From Longimicrobiales bacterium (GTDB lineage Bacteria > Gemmatimonadota > Gemmatimonadetes > Longimicrobiales > Gaopeijiaceae), in the NCBI GenBank assembly GCA_965226375.1, contig CBDDCX010000004.1, forward strand, positions 47,062 to 111,061: 64,000 nt of DNA, written 5' to 3'. Shown one piece after another: positions 62,023 to 64,000 of the stretch. The position numbers and the translations under genes are program-made. Under the pieces are notes generated by a model. That model was not told where the DNA came from. It did not search any database and saw only the letters and a list, made by a program, of their open reading frames with translations. Each line of letters begins with the position of its first letter. Within the stretch, counting starts at the first letter, position 1.

Positions 62023-63308
62023 GACCGAGGCGCACAAGAGATCAGCGCGCACAACCCTGGACCCGGAGCAAGGCCAATGCCCGACGCGAGCAAGATGGTT
62101 CGAGTTTCCACGAGGTCGCTCGAAAACGCCCGAGCGGCCTTCGAGGCCCTGATGGCGACCCGCAAGCTAAACTTACCTGATCGACCTCGACGGCAGCATC
62201 CGCATGGACAAGAAGGTGTTCGCGGTCCACGGGCGCTAAGGTATCGCATTTCTCCTCGCCTGCCTCGTCGGCGCCCGCTACGACGCCCTCCGCGGGGAGT
62301 CATCGGAACCCCGTGTCACCGACCGCCAATTGATCGACGGTGGGTTGCGAGCGCTGACTGACATCCTCGAAGAGGCCACCCGCAAAGTGGCCGGGGAGGT
62401 CTAGATGTCTGAGCCAACACGCGCTTTGCGGACCCGCGAGGTTTTCGACGCGGCCGATGCCGATCCAGAGATGCACATGTGACGTCGGGGTCGATGTGCA
62501 CTAAGACTGGCCTTCTGATGTGTACACCGTCGTTGGCGTATGTCACTGGCCGCCTTGTGGTTGCGCAGCGGTCTCCGAAGCGTCGATGCCGATCTGGGCC
62601 TTGAGGCCGCTCCCTATGCCTCTGACCGGACCTGTCCAGCCCTGCCTTACGGGGCTCCCACGCGTGGCGCGGTTCGACAGCTGGGCATTCTTCGCCGGGC
62701 TTGGGCACCGGAATGTCCATGGACGTGACGCCGCGCATCGGGCTCGACGCAGCGATCTCTCATCATGCGAGCGGGTCCGTCACCTATCAGGTCGGATCCG
62801 ACACCCGGACGGGCCGCGTGCGGTTCTGGTCGTTCCAGATGGGCGTCTCGCTGCGCGGGCCGCGCCGGGGGCTGTCTGGCGCACTTAATGAGCGTAAGCC
62901 AGCCCACGCCGTGTTTAACACGGACGGTCTGGCAAGGGGACTCTGCAACCCCCTTGAACCCCCAGCGTCCCGCGCCGCGGGACGCCGCTTCCGAACCCGT
63001 CCCCGGTGCGCTCGTGGCGGGGCGGCCGTCACCCCGCCTCCACTCCCGGCGCGATGCGGACGCGCCATGCCGCTGGGTTGGGGGACATGGTGTCGGTCGC
63101 AGGCGGCGTCGGATCCCGAGTTGCCGCGTCGAGGCGGGAGCCGTGCGACAGCCCGTGGACTTCCGCCGGAGCGCGGACCTGTCGGGGGTCGAGGGGGCGG
63201 AGCCCATCGTCAGCCCCTGCCGGCGACCCGCGAAGCGTGGCCCCAAAGGGTAGGCTGGCTCACGTGGGCTAAACGACTCGCAACGGAGCCGATGACGAGC
63301 ACGGCGGA

Positions 63309-63760
63309 TCAACGGATTGCTATGGCCTCCGGGTCTCGCTCGCCGGCCAAGTAGCTGGCCCAGTCGTTCATGAGCCGGCGCCGGCGCTCGAACAGGTCCG
63401 AGCGCCGGTAGGCCGCCTCGACTTTGTTCCGGACCACATGCGCCAGCGCGGCTTCGACGACTTCGCGCGGATGGTCCGTCTCCTCGGCCGCCCAGTCGCG
63501 GAAGCTCGACCGGAACCCATGCGGCACGGCCGCGATCTTAAGCTTCCGGAGTAATCGGCGCAGCCGCTTGTCGAAAATCGGTTGGCCGTCGCCAAAAGTG
63601 AACACGAGGGGGCTGCCGTCTCCGAGCTTCCGAGCTTCCTCGAGGATCTCCGTCGCGCGGCCACATAGCGGTACCCGGTGCTCCCGCCTCGCCTTCATGC
63701 GCGCCGGGGGAACCGTCCACACCGCCTCCTTCCGATCGATCTCGGCCCACTCGGCAGAGT
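63309..63760 (-). pseudogene. P4-type tyrosine integrase, C-terminal fragment
   Basis: WTVPPARMK..REHRVPL, PHGFRSSFRDWAAE, EAALAH, AAYRRSDLFERRR. Confidence 0.88.
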
Positions 63761-63908
63761 ACCGGTGGCGTGATTCACGGCAAGAAACCGTGTAAATCAC
63801 TGGTAGGGCGCACGATCTGCTACTCTCGCCTCGGTCCGATGCTCACATCTGCCGCTTTGAATCGACACAAAAAGCGGCCCAACCGACACACCAATCGGCC
63901 CAGAGATG

Positions 63909-63939
63909 CGAACCGGTGACCTCTGGCTTGCAAAGCTAG
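63909..63939 (-). mobile_element. tRNA-Ala(TGC) fragment, att-site remnant
   Basis: Minus strand CTAGC-TTTGCAA-GCCAG-AGGTC-ACCGG-TTCG: anticodon arm, variable loop and start of T-arm; no D-arm or acceptor stem. Confidence 0.65.
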
Positions 63940-64000
63940 ATATGGTCGCCGTACCGCTGCAAGTCGTCCTTGAGTTTATGGCTTAGCTACGCCGTTTACG

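Larger units (their letters stand above)
52360..64000. mobile_element. Decaying genomic/defence island (mosaic of integrative-element remnants)
   Basis: TA pair, McrBC, many gene fragments, two tRNA-derived att scars, P4-type integrase fragment, locally lower GC. Confidence 0.75.

Noticed and set aside
1..64000. CRISPR array, rRNA or complete tRNA
   Set aside because: No regularly spaced repeats seen; the two tRNA-like pieces lack D-arms and acceptor stems
1..64000. Many long antisense or overlapping ORFs (e.g. 33733-35367, 17457-18677, 11257-12456)
   Set aside because: Shadow ORFs of high-GC codon usage opposite recognisable genes
1..64000. Genome-wide TAG reassignment
   Set aside because: Many genes end in TAG at their expected C-termini (e.g. 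1388, 23004, 30848, 40663)

Overview
A GC-rich bacterial window. Gene content (duplicated-domain FtsX/MacB permeases, Tat-leader enzymes, cytochrome c plus quinoprotein) suggests a Gemmatimonadota/Acidobacteriota-like organism; this is an inference. Bases 1-52.3 kb are mostly backbone: an SSS transporter, a TldD/PmbA pair, an amidohydrolase, a Liv-type ABC/acyl-CoA ligase operon, a Zn-metalloprotease, a cytochrome c/PQQ dehydrogenase cluster, panE, a phosphohexomutase, rsgA, nfuA, a diguanylate cyclase, an FHA-protease and an AKR/TIGR04076/NhaC-like cluster. At 23.1-27.2 kb is an integron whose attI-like site and cargo lie DOWNSTREAM of the integrase, closed by a degenerate attC. From about 52.36 kb to the end is a decaying mobile/defence island. 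It holds a ParD/ParE-type toxin-antitoxin pair, a deletion scar of a helicase-DUF499 operon, highly structured non-coding elements and a truncated NYN nuclease. It also holds two tRNA-fragment att scars (Pro-GGG, Ala-TGC), a translationally coupled McrB-McrC-extra PD-(D/E)xK nuclease operon behind an SF1-helicase remnant, and a P4-type integrase fragment. Several backbone genes carry in-frame stops or frameshifts. No CRISPR array, rRNA or complete tRNA was seen. All product calls come from motif recognition by eye, not from database searches.
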